DNA of 23,690 bases, taken from positions 1 through 23,690 of the forward strand of contig CAVSMN010000022.1 in NCBI GenBank assembly GCA_963729045.1. The letters run 5' to 3'. The DNA comes from an uncultured Nitrososphaeraceae archaeon. GTDB taxonomy: Archaea > Thermoproteota > Nitrososphaeria > Nitrososphaerales > Nitrososphaeraceae. The notes beneath the pieces were generated by a model. That model had not been told where the DNA came from. It did not search any database and worked only from the letters and a program-made list of their open reading frames with translations. Positions within the stretch are counted from its first letter, which is position 1, and each line of letters starts with the position of its first letter. Below are positions 1 to 10,064 of this stretch, piece after piece. The position numbers and the translations under genes are program-made.

Positions 1-151
1 TGATTCATACCTTCTCTGATATAGATTTCGTGTCAAACCTTTCACTAAAAGATAACTTTGTAGTTGAACACCTGTTGAAATAAGATTATATAGATATCAA
101 CTCAGTTTGATTACCTTTATGAAACTAAATGGATTCAGTTACACAATGTTG

Positions 152-1381
152 TTATTCCCATATATTTTCCTTGAAAGTCCATTTTTTATTAAATAAGAAA
201 TTGCTAACTGATGCTATTGTGACTCCTATTAAGAGTGAAACATCATATGGAACACCTGATTCTCTAAGCATATAAATTGACAAAAACTGTATTAGGATGC
301 CTAATGAACTACATCCAACGAACATTCCGTATTGTCTAATAAATCGGGTCAAATTGACATTTTTGTCTTCAAAAGTCCAGAATTTGTTTAATAAGAAATT
401 AGTGGTTACTGAAACTGCTATCCCGACTGCAGTGGCTTGTAAATATCCAAAGCTTCCCAAGATTCCATTTGATAAAAGAATTGATACCAAATAATTCAAA
501 ACAAAGCCGCTAGCTCCTACCGTATAGAACCTGGCCGCCTTTGAAATAAATCGAACCGATTTTCTCTTTTCTAATTGAGTGTTTTGTTTCTTAGATTTCC
601 TTCCATATCGATAGAGTTTCCAAACTGCCTTAACATAATCTAAAATTATTGGAAAGCTAAGTTTACTCTGTCCGTATTTTCGATCCTTAAAGGTATAGGG
701 TATCTCTTTTACCTTGATAGTGTTTTTCTTCTTTATTAAAATTTCTAACAGTATCTTAAACCCGTCAGTATTAAATTCTATGTCGTGAAGTGTATGCTTT
801 GGAAAGGCAAAAAAGCCTGACATCGGATCATAAATGTTTTTTAAACACAATCCATGTCTAGCAATAAAATTTGCTCCAGCACTAAGCAAGAATCTCTTAA
901 AGGGCATCCCCTTGATAGCCCCACCTGTAATATATCTAGAACCAATGATGATGCAATTAGGTTCCTTCTTTAGCTCTGATATCATTCTATTTATTACCTC
1001 TGGAGGATGTGAAAAATCTGCGTCCATAATTAGGACATTTTGTCCCTCACTTGTACTGATTCCGTTCACAAGGGCCGAGATCAAGCCCGTCTTTTCTTTT
1101 CTATGAACTACCTTAATTGAGATGTCTTGTACCGATTTGTCTCTAGGTAAAGTGCTCATGTTAGATTCAATATATTTTTCGACTATTAGACCAGTCCCGT
1201 CAGGAGAGTTATCGTCTACTATTATGATTTCTACATTAGTTCCTGAAGGTATATTTGATTGAATTTGATTAAGTAATTCCTTAATATTCCTAGATTCGTT
1301 ATAAGTAGGTATGATGATAGATACAAATTTTTTAAATTCTGTGGTTTTTGGTATGGTATCATTTACATTTAGCATCGTCAT
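152..1381 (-). CDS. GT2 polyprenol/dolichol-phosphate mannosyltransferase-like protein fused to a C-terminal GtrA-like membrane domain
   Basis: SIIIPTYNE, IIIVDDNSPDGT, MDADFSHPPE, GSRY, DPMSGFF and GFKILLE motifs of DPM1-like GT2. The C-terminal ~130 aa has four hydrophobic segments and twin NFLLNKFWTF/NFLFNKKWTF motifs typical of GtrA. Confidence 0.9.
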   Translation of the reverse strand: MTMLNVNDTIPKTTEFKKFVSIIIPTYNESRNIKELLNQIQSNIPSGTNVEIIIVDDNSPDGTGLIVEKYIESNMSTLPRDKSVQDISIKVVHRKEKTGLISALVNGISTSEGQNVLIMDADFSHPPEVINRMISELKKEPNCIIIGSRYITGGAIKGMPFKRFLLSAGANFIARHGLCLKNIYDPMSGFFAFPKHTLHDIEFNTDGFKILLEILIKKKNTIKVKEIPYTFKDRKYGQSKLSFPIILDYVKAVWKLYRYGRKSKKQNTQLEKRKSVRFISKAARFYTVGASGFVLNYLVSILLSNGILGSFGYLQATAVGIAVSVTTNFLLNKFWTFEDKNVNLTRFIRQYGMFVGCSSLGILIQFLSIYMLRESGVPYDVSLLIGVTIASVSNFLFNKKWTFKENIWE

Positions 1382-1813
1382 TGGTAATCCCTCATCTCAC
1401 ACCTTTAGTTTATTAAAATACTATATAATATATGCCATTGTTTTCTAATATAAGGATGGGTTTGTTAGATTCAAAATTTGGTTTCCAATTAAATTTTGAT
1501 TGTAATCTTTCACTTTTATTTTGTATGTTTTCACTAATGGATTCCTAATTACTATTAAATGATCTTTATATTTTCATCGACAAATTATATGAATCTAATT
1601 ATCTTATTTACAAGACAGCAGATAATTTAAATGACAATATGTAGTTTGGGTCATCTTTTTTTGATGATATTCTTTTTGTGATTGATTGGCCTTTCATGAT
1701 CGATAAAGTCTTGACTAATTTTGCTAAATTGTTATTTTAATTGATGATTTCTATGATATATTGTTATTTCCTATTAAAGTTAGGACTGAATTACATAATA
1801 TGATTAGACCATG

Positions 1814-3031
1814 TTATTTTTCATCAATGTTGAATTGTTGTAATAACCTCGGACTATCTACAACAAGATCATGAAATTTATCTATCTCAATAGTCTTAAT
1901 CGGATCCATCAAGATAATTTGATTATTCGATTTGACATTACTAAGACTATCTTTTTGCTGCAACATGAGTAAATGATTTTTTATATCTGTAGTAATATCA
2001 GTATTGCAAATTTTACTATTATTAATTACATTAAGGGACTCTTGAAGCATTCCTTGAATATGTTCATTTCCTTTATTTTCATGGAAGTGAGGGTTTCTTG
2101 TTTCAACCTGAAATATTTCTACACCATGCTGTCCGATATCAAATGATTTATTGGAAATAATGCCTCCATATTTTTCTAAAATATTAATTAGTTCATATGG
2201 TTCTACTGAATATCCACTAGAGAATTCTAAGTTTTCTGCAAGCGACATAGAAAGTGAGTGTTCTCCAGCATTTCCTGTAGTAATGATATCTCTCTCATAT
2301 CCGGTAATATAGGAGATCAAGTCATTTAGGTATTTGTTACTGTGTTCAGATATTCTTCCCCATTTCGGAAAATATACTTTGTTGTTTGCTATTTTTGGTT
2401 TAGAGTGCCAGCATATTCTTACATTACACAAAGGAGAATTCGACATAGCAAAACCCGCTGCAAAAATCTTGATGTACTCATTCACTGCTCCAGGAAAATA
2501 ATTGTCACTGTCTACAAACCCTACATACTCTTTCTTAAGCAATTTGGATAACAAGATCCCTATTATCATTCCTTCTGCTTTGCCTTGACGAACTTGATTG
2601 TTGAGATCCAAAATTGAAGGGTAATTAATCTTGTGGAAAATTCTACTAAGGTTGGGATCCGTTTGATGTATTGTAACAATCCTTTTGTTTGAAAACAGAG
2701 AATACTGCTTAACCATTTCTACTTCCATAGCATATTTGTCAACGGGATGTCTTTGGCTGTTTGATACTATGATTATTAGACATTCGTTAGGAATACCACT
2801 TAAAACACCTTCCAATAGACTCAATTTTTCATCCTTAACTGGAATCACTACTGCCATGGCTTGAAATATCTTTGATAATGTGTTACTGTCAAATGCAATG
2901 GTCGAACTGTTAAGCTCCTGCGAAGTGGTACTAAAATCATGTCCCGAATCTATTTCATATATTTTTTGAAGTGAGTGAATCTTTACAGCACCTATAGTTT
3001 CAGTATATTTAGGTGGAAAATCTAACCTCAT
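1814..3031 (-). CDS. mpgS: Mannosyl-3-phosphoglycerate synthase (GT55)
   Basis: MRLDFPPKYTETIGAVKIH N-terminus, LLEGVLSGIP, GKAEGMIIG, YVGFVDSDNYFPGAVNEY, WGRISE, TGNAGEH and ETRNPHFHE match MpgS/MngA. Confidence 0.92.
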   Translation of the reverse strand: MRLDFPPKYTETIGAVKIHSLQKIYEIDSGHDFSTTSQELNSSTIAFDSNTLSKIFQAMAVVIPVKDEKLSLLEGVLSGIPNECLIIIVSNSQRHPVDKYAMEVEMVKQYSLFSNKRIVTIHQTDPNLSRIFHKINYPSILDLNNQVRQGKAEGMIIGILLSKLLKKEYVGFVDSDNYFPGAVNEYIKIFAAGFAMSNSPLCNVRICWHSKPKIANNKVYFPKWGRISEHSNKYLNDLISYITGYERDIITTGNAGEHSLSMSLAENLEFSSGYSVEPYELINILEKYGGIISNKSFDIGQHGVEIFQVETRNPHFHENKGNEHIQGMLQESLNVINNSKICNTDITTDIKNHLLMLQQKDSLSNVKSNNQIILMDPIKTIEIDKFHDLVVDSPRLLQQFNIDEK

Positions 3032-3635
3032 TATCCTAAGGCGTATGTATATAAATGTTTAATAATATGATATATTCTAAAAATTCATTCTACGTTTCCC
3101 TGGGGTCAAATATTTAACTTTTACTATTGGGACTAGTCCTTCAAAATGATTTAGATTTTCTTTGGACTTTAAGATCAATCCTAATCCAAATAGGTCGAAA
3201 TTCTAATTTAATCATTGTCACCATATTTAGTTCACTTACCTTGGTCAATTTTAATATCCTTTATTTAATTATCTGTTACTTTATCCAATATTTTATCCCT
3301 GTGATTAGGGTAATTGCAAAGAGTGGTACTAAATACTTGACTGCTTTATAACAAAGATTAAATGATGTACTCTGGAGCACTGAGATCTTTGTTAGTAAAT
3401 TCACAATTCAGTGCCAATAATGTATCACTATGTATTATCTCTTAGTATCCGTCATTAGGGAAATGATTGAACAAATTGAGACGAATTGCTTAATTGTTGT
3501 CATAGTTGACGAAGTACTGTTGAATTGGTTCGTTGATTTCTATATTTCTACAAACTATTAATTGTCATCAATCAAAATGTTATCATATTTGAGGATTGCC
3601 GTCAATCTTATATTTATTATGGATAAACTACGAAT

Positions 3636-4625
3636 ATGAAGCTTTTTCTTACACCCCTTATATGTTCTGTTTATATCTTGTCGATCTTTTTTATCACAGT
3701 TTTTTTGGTTTATATATTCAATCCGTCTTTCGCAGCACCGACTCTCTCCGGTGAATCCATTTGGATGGGGAGTGAAACTTTACCAAATGCAAGAACCGAA
3801 GTAACAGCATCCAATTTGGATGAGGCAGTTTATGTGATAGGTGGTTTTACTTTTGACGGTAAAATTACAGATATTGTCGAAATGTACAATTCAACTGACA
3901 ATACCTAGTTTCAAAATATAACGTCGTTACCTTTACCTATTCACCATGCTTCATCAGGCATCTATGGGGGCAAGATCTATGTGGTTGGAGGATATACAGG
4001 GAATTGGCTCCCTAGTAACAATTTGTTCATTTACGATCCAGCTACCAATAATTGGACTTTGGGTAATCCTATGCCTACACCACGAGGTTCGCCAAATGCA
4101 AATTTCGTTAATGGAATATTGTATGTAATTGGAGGAGATAGTTACGATCATTCTCATGTAGTTGTTGAAGGATATAATCCGATTACCAACGAATGGGTGA
4201 CACTATCTTCGATGCCTACAGCAAGGCATCATGCTGCATCTGCAGTAGTTGATGGAAATATTTATGTGATGGGCGGTAGACTCACTGGTTCTTTGGTAAA
4301 CGTAGATGTAAATGAGAAATATAATCCTGTTTTAGACGAATGGACTACTGATCTGCAACCCATGCCGTCAAAAAGGAGTGGTGTTGCGGCCACATCGGTA
4401 AATGGGTCAATTTATGTATTGGGAGGTGAGCAAAATCAAGGAACGTTTGATAATAACAAACGTTATGACGTAGCTACTGATACTTGGAGCGAAGAATTGC
4501 CAATGCCCACTGCTCGACATGGATTGGGTATCGCTTCATATGACGATAAAATATATGCAATAGGTGGTGGTCCACATACTGGATTGACTGTTTCGAATAA
4601 GAATGAGATTTATTATTTGAATTAA
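3636..4625 (+). CDS. Secreted six-blade Kelch-repeat beta-propeller protein, interrupted by an in-frame TAG at 3906-3908 (about 329 aa if read through)
   Basis: ORFs 3636-3908 and 3981-4625 share a frame. The gap translates as FQNITSLPLPIHHASSGIYGGKIY, an intact Kelch blade. There are six 'P..R......IYV.GG'-type repeats and an N-terminal signal ending SFA. Confidence 0.85.
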
Positions 4626-4969
4626 TACTGAATCTAGTTATTGACCCTTCTCTGATCCTTGTTAAAATTTTCACTAGTACCAATTTTGGGGGTAGGATTT
4701 AAGGTTATTAGAGAAAAAAAGGAATATCATTGTAGGGAGGGGACTACGATACTTTTACTCATTGTTATGTGTTAGATGGACCCTAATTCTATTGGATAAA
4801 TCCTATGAATTTCACTACTATTTCAATATATTCTTGAGAATCCAACATTGTTATGATATTAATGTTTTGCATAATTATTCTTGAAATAACTATGCAGGCA
4901 TGAACATTGACGGATTATTACGAAACCTTAATTAAATTATGATATTTCTCTATATTATTAGACTTACCT

Positions 4970-6748
4970 ATGTTTCATAGATCAAAACTATTGATTTCTT
5001 TTTTCGCTATATCTTTGATTTTACTTTCTACTATAACTTCTTCATATGTTCAGGTTTCTTATGGGGCTTATGCTAAAGCCCCTTTATCCCCAACTGGACC
5101 GACAGTTAACGATGATACCCTTACGGTTGAAAAAATAGCTGATGGTTTGGATTTTCCTACCAGTATGGCGTTTCTGGGTCCTAATGATATTCTAGTCACT
5201 GAGAAAACTACGGGTAAAGTGATGCGAGTTACAAACGGTTTTGTATTGCCTCAACCTGTACTTGATGTACCAGTAGCAAATGCAATAGAACGCGGCTTAC
5301 TAGGAATAGCCGTTTCAAAGCAACCTGACGGCAAAACTTATGTATTTCTATCTTATACTGAATCAGGCGATGGTGTAGATGGCAGTGATGTTGATGCTCT
5401 TGTAGATCCATTAGGAAATCGATTATATCGTTATGAATTTGTTGATGGTAAATTGATAAATCCAGTATTATTATTGGATTTAACCGCAATTCCTATAAAT
5501 GGTAGAGGTGAGCACAATGGTGGTAAAATTCGAATTGGCCCTGATAATAATGTCTACTATTTTATAGGGGAAGTCGGAGGTCACAGAACCCAGGCCCAAA
5601 ATATAATAGCTGGGCCTGCCCCGAATGGTCTAGGAGGCGTACTTCGAATCACTCAAGACGGTGGTATAGTAGATCCCGGTGATCCAATATTTGGTGAAGG
5701 GTTGCCTCTTAATGTATATTATGCAATGGGCATTCGAAACAGTTTTGGCATGGATTTCGATCCATCTAACAGGCAATCTTTGGGATACAGAAAATGGACC
5801 AGTACACCGGCGATGAAATAAATCTTGTTTTTCCTGGATTTAATAGTGGTTGGTTTCAAATCCAGGGCTATGTGGACAAGGATTTATTAGAACATGGTAC
5901 CACAGAAGCAGATTTGGTATATTTTGGAAAAAGTCAATATGCTGATCCAAAGTTTGTGTGGGATACGACAATAGGTGTGACAGCCCTTAAATTCTTAAAT
6001 TCACATAGACTTGGAAATCAATTTGCAAACAATATGTTTGTAGGTGATATCAATAATGGCTTGTTGTATAGATTTACACTGAACGAAGACCGGGACGCTA
6101 TTTTTGTAAATGATACTTATGTTGGTAATACAGGATTATTAGAAGATAATGAAGTAGATGAACCTAAAGAAAATCAGCCTCTGATCTTTGGACAAGGTTT
6201 CGGGGGAATAACCGATATTCAGGTAGGTCCAGATGGTTACTTGTATATTTTAAGTTACACTGGATCAATTTATAGAATATTGCCTATATCTGATAGCATT
6301 GAACCAAAGTCTCAGCCAAGCTCACCTCCAAGCTCCCCTCCACAAAATGGTACTTTCAACTTCCAAGTCCGTTTCGGCAGTCATTTTGGGAATAGACGGT
6401 GATAATTCCTATTCACCAGAACCTATCGAGATTGAATCTGGACAAACAGTAACGTGGATTAATGGAGATACCATATCTCATACGGTAACCTCTGGACAAG
6501 ATGGTGACTTGGATGAGGGCACTCTATTTGATTCTGATGCTATAATTCCAAATCAGTCATATAGTCTGACATTTGATAGTCCTGGAGAATTCGACTATTA
6601 TTGTATATATCACCCCACTATGGTTGGCGAAGTAATAGTGAATGGACCAGATACATCTTCACCTACATCAGAAGATTCCCCAGATGAAGAGTCAGATGAG
6701 GAAGATAGGATGATTGAAAATATGGATCCATTTGGATTTCTCAAGTAA
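4970..6748 (+). CDS. Secreted PQQ-dependent sugar dehydrogenase (sGDH/Asd-like) fused to a C-terminal type-1 cupredoxin domain; three apparent +1 frameshifts (~5765, ~5802, ~6355); about 591 aa rebuilt
   Basis: GLDFPTSMAF, ERGLLGIA, GEHNGG and GIRNSFGMDFDP motifs. Removing bases near 5765 and 5802 restores FDPLTGNLWDTENGPYTGDEIN. GGITDIQVGPDGYLY follows. After a Pro/Ser linker come TVTWINGD.ISHTVT and YYCIYHPTMVG (His/Cys/His/Met copper ligands). Confidence 0.8.
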
Positions 6749-6931
6749 CTCTTACCAAAATAACTAACTATACTTTCACTCCCATACCCATTTTTATAAC
6801 ATATAGAGCATATTAACCTATGAAGCAATTGATCCATGATCAAAAACTACAACTACTACTACCTGACTTTTTTTTGAACTTATGTTTTTATAGAAATGTT
6901 GACTTGTCAAATTCACAGCGGGGGATTTATT

Positions 6932-7309
6932 ATGTTAAGTAGCAAGAGTGCACTAGCAAATATAGCTGTTAAGAATCTGGAAATTTCTAGAAAGTTTTAT
7001 GAGAATACTTTGGGACTGGAGAAAATAGACTCTGTTGGAAATGAAGTAGTAGTTTATAGATGTGGTAACTCTGCCATTATAGTATATCAATCACAATACG
7101 CTGGAACTAATAAAGCTACTAGCGCGACTTGGATAGTGGGAGAGGATATCGATGTCTTGGTAAAGGAACTTAAATCTAAAGGTGTACAGTTTGAACATTA
7201 TGACATGCCTAATACAACATTAAAAGATGATATTCATGTTGATGGTAACATGAAAGTAGCATGGTTTAAAGATCCCGATGGTAATATCCTAAATATTATT
7301 AACAAATGA
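6932..7309 (+). CDS. VOC (glyoxalase/bleomycin-resistance) family protein
   Basis: IAVKNLEISRKFYENTLGL and VAWFKDPDGNILNI motifs. The ATG at 6932 is preceded by GGGGA. Confidence 0.88.
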   Translation: MLSSKSALANIAVKNLEISRKFYENTLGLEKIDSVGNEVVVYRCGNSAIIVYQSQYAGTNKATSATWIVGEDIDVLVKELKSKGVQFEHYDMPNTTLKDDIHVDGNMKVAWFKDPDGNILNIINK

Positions 7310-7656
7310 CCACATACAACTATTCTTCAAGCAAGCGACAATAGTTGTTCATTTTTATCTTCTCAACCACAGAGAATTCTATATTTATAACCATAAAGCA
7401 AAAGAAAACAATGTGATTCATCGTGAAATTAATCATATTCTCGCGATGCTATTATTTCTTTAACGTCGACATACTGCTATATTATAATCGATGAGAATGA
7501 TACAAATTAGTTTCTTTTCTGATTTCTATAATGTTCTAAATAAAAATACCTTGCCATTCATTCGGGTAGTAAGTGAATGACAAGGTAACGTCTTCTTTAT
7601 CTTGTTTATGGCTTATGGATAAGGCGTGTATTCGTAGCCCAGCATTCAACGTTGTA

Positions 7657-8048
7657 CTAATTATTTGTATCGCTATTTGAGTTGGGGGCAATGTTGTCGC
7701 TACTGTCGCTACTGTCGCTACTGTCGCTACTGTCGCTACTGTCGCTACTGTCGCTACTGTCGCTACTGTCGCTACTGTCGCCAGCATTATCACTGGATGT
7801 TGTGCCAGTATCTGCCTCTGGATCATAAATTGGTCTAAAACAATCTCTTATTTCGCTTTCAGATGCAAATCCCTTTACTCCTTCTGATTGAGTCAGACAA
7901 TTAGACAAATTCTTCATAATTATTTTTTCCTGTTTAACATTTTCGCCATTAGGTTGAGCAAATACAGAATACTTGTTATGCTTGATGCGGCAAACAATGA
8001 TGCTATTGCAATTACCATGGTGACAGTTATTTTCTTAGTCATGTTCAT
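7657..8048 (-). CDS. Secreted protein with a (Asp-Ser-Ser)9 tail; frameshift near 7966-7970 joins ORFs 7920-8108 and 7657-7917
   Basis: Signal peptide MNMTKKITVTMVIAIASLFAASSITS, then a shifted frame reading VFAQPNGENVKQEKIIMKNLSNC...RDC... that is continuous with the 7917 ORF. VFAQ is the same cleavage motif as in 8772-8993. Confidence 0.7.
7695..7781. repeat. Perfect 9-bp tandem repeat (TGTCGCTAC) x9 plus 6 bp
   Basis: Read directly. It encodes DSS repeats on the minus strand. Confidence 0.97.
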
Positions 8049-8060
8049 TAAATTTATCTG

Positions 8061-8097
8061 ATTAACATCGTATAAAAACATTAACATCGTATAAAAA
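8061..8097 (-). repeat. 19-bp tandem duplication containing a TATA-like TTTTTATA on the minus strand
   Basis: ATTAACATCGTATAAAAA at 8061-8078 and again at 8080-8097, just upstream of the 8048 start. Confidence 0.85.
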
Positions 8098-8771
8098 TAG
8101 GGACTCATCTTTCTACTAATAGGGATTTACCACTTATTTTTCTATACTCTATGAGTTTGTTGTCATACATTGTGAATAGTTAGACACAAAATGGATTTCA
8201 TTTTTAGGTTTTAGGGTTATTATAAGTTACCAAGGTTTTCTACCTCTATCGTCAGCAAATAGACAAGCAAGATTGCAAAAACAAGCAAAATATCATCTAA
8301 ATAAAAAGCGAAGAGTTGACGATATTCAATTATATTTTGTTTTTCTTAGTACAAATATTCATCAAATCTTTATAAAGATATTTTACTATATATAGAATAT
8401 ATTTGGGTAATTATAGATAGTTTTGTGTCTAAAGAGACACACATATTTTTTCTAAAAAAGGTCAAACATCTAAAGCACCGATGTTAATTCATTGCTACCT
8501 AGTATATGTCAATTTAAGTTTAAAAGGCAGAGATCTAAACGGAATTGGATGAATAACAATTGAGTATCGATTTCAGATTCTATATTACAATTTGTCATCA
8601 TTATAGCCCTCCGGATTCAGACCCTAGAATGAATCGCTAGAGAGGAGCTTAACAATAGATTATAAAATTCAGACTAACAACTTTCAAAATCAAATATCTA
8701 AGGATAACTTTTTAGATACATAAAAAAAAGAAATTTGGTTGTATAAGGATGATGTTATTTTGATTTGCTAT

Positions 8772-8993
8772 TTATTGTGTAGTTGTGCTATTGTCTGATG
8801 TGCTATTGCCCATCATGGTATTAGCGTCCATTCCCATCCCTGTATCTGATAATTCTGTTGTATTATCAACCGGCGTAGAAGAAGAAGTATTCATTGTCAT
8901 GTTTTCTTGGGCGAATACTGGCGTGCTTGCTCCTATTAATAAAATTGATGCGGCTAATACGCCAATGACTGCAACTGTAAGAATATTGTTCAT
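8772..8993 (-). CDS. Small secreted Met/Asn/Thr/Ser-rich protein
   Basis: Clear signal peptide ending PVFAQ. The low-complexity mature part has several N-x-S/T sequons. Confidence 0.75.
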   Translation of the reverse strand: MNNILTVAVIGVLAASILLIGASTPVFAQENMTMNTSSSTPVDNTTELSDTGMGMDANTMMGNSTSDNSTTTQ

Positions 8994-9235
8994 TATCAGA
9001 TCCTTTGCAACAATGTTTATAACATTCCACCATTCTTAAAACATGATATAAATTAGTATCGATGAACCAGAATATCGTAGTTTACTTTTATAATTGCCAT
9101 TGACTAGAATTCTATAAATTAACGTTTTATTCAAAAGTGTAAGATCCTTTGAATTATTTGTATATCTATATGTATTTATTTGATACAATAATCGTAATTT
9201 TCTTTAAATATAACCTATATAGTATTTAAATTGAA

Positions 9236-9673
9236 ATGAAGAACATTATCTTCCTGAAATCAGCAATCATATCCATGCTTTTTGTAACATTTGGTATAAC
9301 TTTTGGAGGGTGGACATCAAACAATGAAGTTTCCGCTCAATCTAATAATCAAGAAAATAGCCAGGTACTTGCTGAATTGATCGCAAATTTAACCCAAGCA
9401 CAAAATACTGTATCAACTAGTAATTCAACAGTATCAACCGCTCAACTAACTGCAATAATAGGGGAACTTTCTGATATTCTCGGTAAAATTACAACAGATA
9501 ACGATGGTCAATATTTAGATGAACATACTCACTTCTTTACTCACAACGGTCATACTCATACCGTGACCCATACTCATCCTCATCATGCAGATCATCATAG
9601 TCATCATCAGAGCTGGACTGAAAAACATCATATATTTGATCCCAGTAATTGCAAACCAGGTAGAATGTGTTAA
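9236..9673 (+). CDS. Secreted protein with a His-rich C-terminus, putative metal-binding
   Basis: Signal peptide ending VSAQ, a helical middle, 15 His between EH and KHH, and terminal CKPGRMC. A T8 tract follows at 9702-9709. Confidence 0.8.
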   Translation: MKNIIFLKSAIISMLFVTFGITFGGWTSNNEVSAQSNNQENSQVLAELIANLTQAQNTVSTSNSTVSTAQLTAIIGELSDILGKITTDNDGQYLDEHTHFFTHNGHTHTVTHTHPHHADHHSHHQSWTEKHHIFDPSNCKPGRMC

Positions 9674-9701
9674 ATATTCTACCCATCAAATTTACTATTA
9701 A

Positions 9702-9709
9702 TTTTTTTT
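9702..9709 (+). terminator. Oligo-T archaeal terminator candidate
   Basis: T8 run about 30 nt after the 9673 stop. Confidence 0.4.
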
Positions 9710-10003
9710 CCTGTTGTGAAATATTTATCATTTAATGGTTTTCGTTAGATGTCGTAGCAGTATATTGATATTTTATTTAATAACCTTAACCTCATTGCGT
9801 TCCTTAGTCCATCATCAGGAGATATTTATTTGTTCGATAGACGAGTAGGACCGATTAATAGCTGGATTAGGGTTAATGGCTTTAGAAAACATTTGTTGAT
9901 AAGCTCTAATGATGCCCTCTTAGGTATCTGATATGTGATATACATTAAATTCAATCATACAGTTCTTGTCAGTAAGTCTTGATAACAAAATAAAGTCAAA
10001 CTG

Positions 10004-10029
10004 TGACCAATTTAAACCGAACTTGGTCA
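10004..10029 (+). promoter_or_regulatory. Inverted repeat TGACCAA-N12-TTGGTCA enclosing a TATA-like TTTAAA upstream of the proteasome operon
   Basis: TGACCAA 10004-10010, TTTAAA 10011-10016, TTGGTCA 10023-10029. The beta ATG is at 10065. Confidence 0.55.
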
Positions 10030-10064
10030 ATAAATTCGACCATTCTCTATAATACTATAACAAA

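Noticed and set aside
297..2551. Short plus-strand ORFs 297-494, 834-1106 and 2342-2551
   Set aside because: Antisense to well-supported GT2 and mpgS genes, with no motifs.
3127..3351. 74-aa hydrophobic ORF
   Set aside because: TTG start and AT-driven composition in a divergent promoter region.
3362..3414. Possible C/D box sRNA (ATGATGT...CTGA) and GCACTGA/TCAGTGC inverted repeat
   Set aside because: The C box is imperfect, there is no terminal D box at the right spacing, and a 7-bp stem is weak evidence.
7536..7826. 96-aa ORF with (ATV)n repeats
   Set aside because: Alternate frame of the 9-bp array; the DSS frame connects to a signal peptide.
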